From NCBI RefSeq assembly GCF_009914755.1, contig NC_060926.1: 64,000 nucleotides of DNA. The stretch is one strand, 5' to 3'. The notes beneath the pieces were generated by a model, which was not told the DNA's origin, did not search any database, and was given only the letters and a program-made list of their open reading frames with translations. How positions within the stretch are numbered: position 1 is the first letter of the stretch; every line of letters begins with the position of its first letter. Source of the stretch: the human T2T-CHM13v2.0 reference genome, Homo sapiens. Both the position numbers and the translations under genes were made by a program. Below are positions 60,701-64,000 of this stretch, one piece after another.

Positions 60701-63114
60701 AACAAACAAAGAAAACTTCAGGCCAATATCCCTGATGAAACTTAATGCAAAATACTGGCACACTGAATCCAGCAGCACATCAAAAATCTTATCCACCACG
60801 GTCAAGTCAGCTTCAACCCAAAAGCTGGATCAACATATGCAAATCAATAAACACAATTCATAAACGGAACTAAAGATGAAAACCACATGATTATCTCAAT
60901 AGATGCAGAAAAAGTCTTTGATAATATTTAACACTTTTTCTTGTTAAAAACTCTCAATAAACTAGGTAATGAAGGAACATATCTCAAAATTATAAGAGCC
61001 ATTTATAACAAACCCACAGCTAATATCATACTGAATGGGCAAAAAAAAAACCTGGAAGCATTCCCCTTGAAAAGGGGCCCAAGATAAAAATGCTTCTCTT
61101 ACCACTCCTATTCAATATAGTATTGGAAGTTCTGGCCAGGGAAATCAGGCAAGAGAAAGAAATAAAAGGTATTCAAATAGGAAGTCAAACTGTCTTTGTT
61201 TGCAGATGACATGATCCTATATGTAGAAAATCCCATCGTCTCAGCCCAAAAGCTTCTTAAGCCGATAAGCAACTTCATCAAAGTCTCAGGATACAAAATC
61301 AATGCGAAAAAAATCACAAGCATTCCTAAACACCACCAACAGACAAGCAGAGAGCCAAATCACTAATGAACTCCCATTCACAATTGCTACAAAGAGAATA
61401 AAATACCTAGGAATAGAGCTAACAAGGAAAATGAAGGACCTCTTCAAGGAGAACTACAAACCACTGCTCAAGGAAATGATAGAGGACACAAACAAATGAA
61501 AAAACGTTCCATGCTCACGAGTAGGAAGAATCAGTATCGTGAAAATGGCCATACTGCCCAAAGTAGTTTATAGATTCAATGCTATTCCTATTAAACAAAC
61601 ATTGACATTCTTCACAGAATTAGAAAAAAACTATTTTAAAATTCATATGGAACCAAAAAAGAGCACGTATAGCCAGGACAATCCTAAGCTGGAGGTATCA
61701 TGTTACCCGACTTCAAACCATAGTAACCAAAACAGTATGGTGCTGGTATAAAAACAGACACATCGACCAATGGAACAGAATAGAGAAGTCAGAGTTAAGA
61801 CGGCACACCTACAACCACCTGATCTTTGACAAATCTGACAAAAACAAGCAATGGGGGAAGTGTTCCCTATTTAAAAACAGGTGCTAGGAGAACTGGCCAG
61901 CCATACACAGAAAATTAAAACTGGAACCCTTTCTTACACCTTATACAAAAATTAACTCAAGATGGATTCAAGATTGAAATGTAAAACCCAAAACTATAAA
62001 AACCCTAAAGAAAATCTAGCCAATACCATTCAGGACATAGGCGTATGTGACGATTTTATAATGAAGATGTCAAAAACTACTGCAACAAAAGTAAAAATTG
62101 ACAAATGGGATCTAATTAAACTAAAGAGCCTCTGCAAGCAAAAGAAACTATGATCAGAGCAAACAGATAACCCACAGAATGGAAAAAAAAAATTGCAATC
62201 TAGCCATCTGACAAAGGTCTAATATCCAGAGTCTAGAAGGAACTTAAACAAATTTGCAAGAAAAAAAAAACAACCCCATTAAAAAGTGGGCAAGACATGA
62301 ATAGACACTTCTCAAAAGAAGACATTTATGTGGCCAGGAAACATTAAAAAAAAGTCAACATCACTGAGCATTAGAGAAATGCGAATAAAAATCACAATGA
62401 GATACTATCTCACACCAGTCAGAATGGCGATTATTAAAAAGTCAAGAAACAACAGCCGCTGGCAAGGCAGCGAAGGAATAGGAACGCTTTTACACTGTTG
62501 GTGGAAATGTAAATTCGTTCAACCATTGTGCAAGACAGTGTGGTGATTCCTCAAAGACCTAGACCCAGAAATACCATTTGACCCAGCAATCCCATTGACT
62601 GTGTATATACCCAAAGGAATATAAATCATGCTACTATAAAGACACATGCTCGTATATGTTCACTGCAGCACTATTCACAATAGCAAAGACATGGAATCAA
62701 TCCAAATGCCCATCAATGATATACTGGATAAAGAAAATGTGATACATATGCACCATGGGATACTATGCAGCCATAATAAAGAATGAGATCATATCCTTTG
62801 CAGGGACATGTATGGAGCTGGAAGCCATTATTCTCAGAAACTAATGCAGGAACAGAAAACCAAACACCGCATGTTCTTACTTATAAGTGGGAACTGAACA
62901 ATGAGAACACATGGACACAGGGAGGGGAAAAACACACACTGGGGCTTCTCAGGGGTGGTGGGGGGAGAGCATCAGGATAAATAGCTAATGCATGCAGGGC
63001 TTAATACCTAGGTGATGGGTTGATAAGTACAGCAAACCACCATGGCACACATTTGCCTATGTAACAAACCTGCACATCCTGCATATGTACCTCAGAACTT
63101 AAAATAAAAATAAA
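57760..63114 (+). mobile_element. Near full-length decayed L1PA (about L1PA8-13): partial 5'UTR, ORF1 about 58055-59072, ORF2 about 59140-62850, 3'UTR and A tail
   Basis: ORF fragments match L1 ORF1/ORF2; RT motif FADD (TTTGCAGATGAC) near 61199; many stops and frameshifts; TSD AGAAAACAGTAGACTGG (57743) / AGAAAATAGGAGACTGG (63115). Confidence 0.97.
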
Positions 63115-63499
63115 AGAAAATAGGAGACTGGTTCTATTCCATCCAAGAGATGACCGAGTGTGCAGTTGGGTGCAGAGAAGAAAAGATAAATGACCTGCAT
63201 CATGTGTTAATGTTAAACAACTGGCATTTAAAATACACAGCAGTAAGCAGATTCAAGATATATTTTAAAGGTAATTAATAGGATTTATTGATGGAATGTG
63301 GGTGGGGAGGGAAAAGAAGGGACCAACCCAGACTCCTAGCCTGATGACTTGAGTATCTGGTTGAAAGTGGTCACTGTTTGTTGACATGAATAACATGGTA
63401 AGAGATATCACCACTGAGAGGTTCAGTAACCAGTGGGTTTATTTATTGTGGATAGGCTGACTTTGAGATATCTATCACACAACTAGGAGGAAAGAATCT

Positions 63500-63780
63500 A
63501 AAGGAAGTTAAGAGATGATTAATGGGTACAAAAATATAGTTAGATAGACTGAATAAAATCTAGTATTTGTTAGCACAACAGAGTAATTACAGTCAACAAA
63601 AATGTATTGTATATTTAAAAATAACTATAAGAGTAAATAGAAATGTTCAGAACACAAAGAAATGATAGATGCCTGAGGTGATGGATACCCCATTTACTCT
63701 GATGTAATAATTATGCATTGTATGCCCCTGTATCAAAATATCTCATGTACCCATAAAAATTAAAAAATAATAAATAAATA
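63500..63780 (+). mobile_element. L1MA 3'UTR fragment
   Basis: TTAATGGGTACAAAAATATAGTTAGATAG...TATCAAAATATCTCATGTACCCCATAAA plus A-rich tail; same family as 41600-41900. Confidence 0.88.
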
Positions 63781-64000
63781 GAGGGTAAATATGTGTTGAA
63801 ACCTCAGACTTACAGTCTAATATGAAGATACAAATTTGAAACTTATCAGCATAAATGGTAAATACATATATGGTAATTATTTAAATTATTTCAGTAGAGG
63901 GTATAGGGAGTGAAGATAAGAACATCCAGGACTGAAAACCAGGACTGAAATCCAAGAAACCTCACACTGGGAGACAGAGCAGGAGGAGCCCACAGAAGCG

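Overview
AT-rich, CpG-poor simian primate DNA, human-like from its AluJ/AluS, L1PA, THE1 and MER85 content. It reads as gene-desert or large-intron sequence. I cannot recognise any intact protein-coding gene: the meaningful ORFs in the track are decayed L1 ORF1/ORF2, THE1-internal or Alu read-throughs. A large part of the window is interspersed repeat, including a 5.3-kb L1PA, a full-length THE1 provirus inside a multi-layer LTR nest, an LTR22-like solo LTR, a twin-primed L1 and hAT/piggyBac MITEs. The unexplained structure is of two kinds. First, there is a set of local inverted duplications and fold-back scars not explained by pairs of repeat insertions: a 180-bp two-piece inverted copy at 32949-33128, a 122-bp inverted repeat at 21433/23802, a perfect 28-bp-arm palindrome at 9892-9948 and several micro-scars. 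Second, there are splice-site-bounded candidate exons on both strands: a + chain at 3095-6020 with a spliced 74-aa ORF, and - exons at 28032-28095 and 32908-33127, the latter coinciding with the inverted copy. Repeat family names come from my recollection of consensus sequences, not from a database search, and their boundaries are approximate. I found no evidence for a new multi-gene system.
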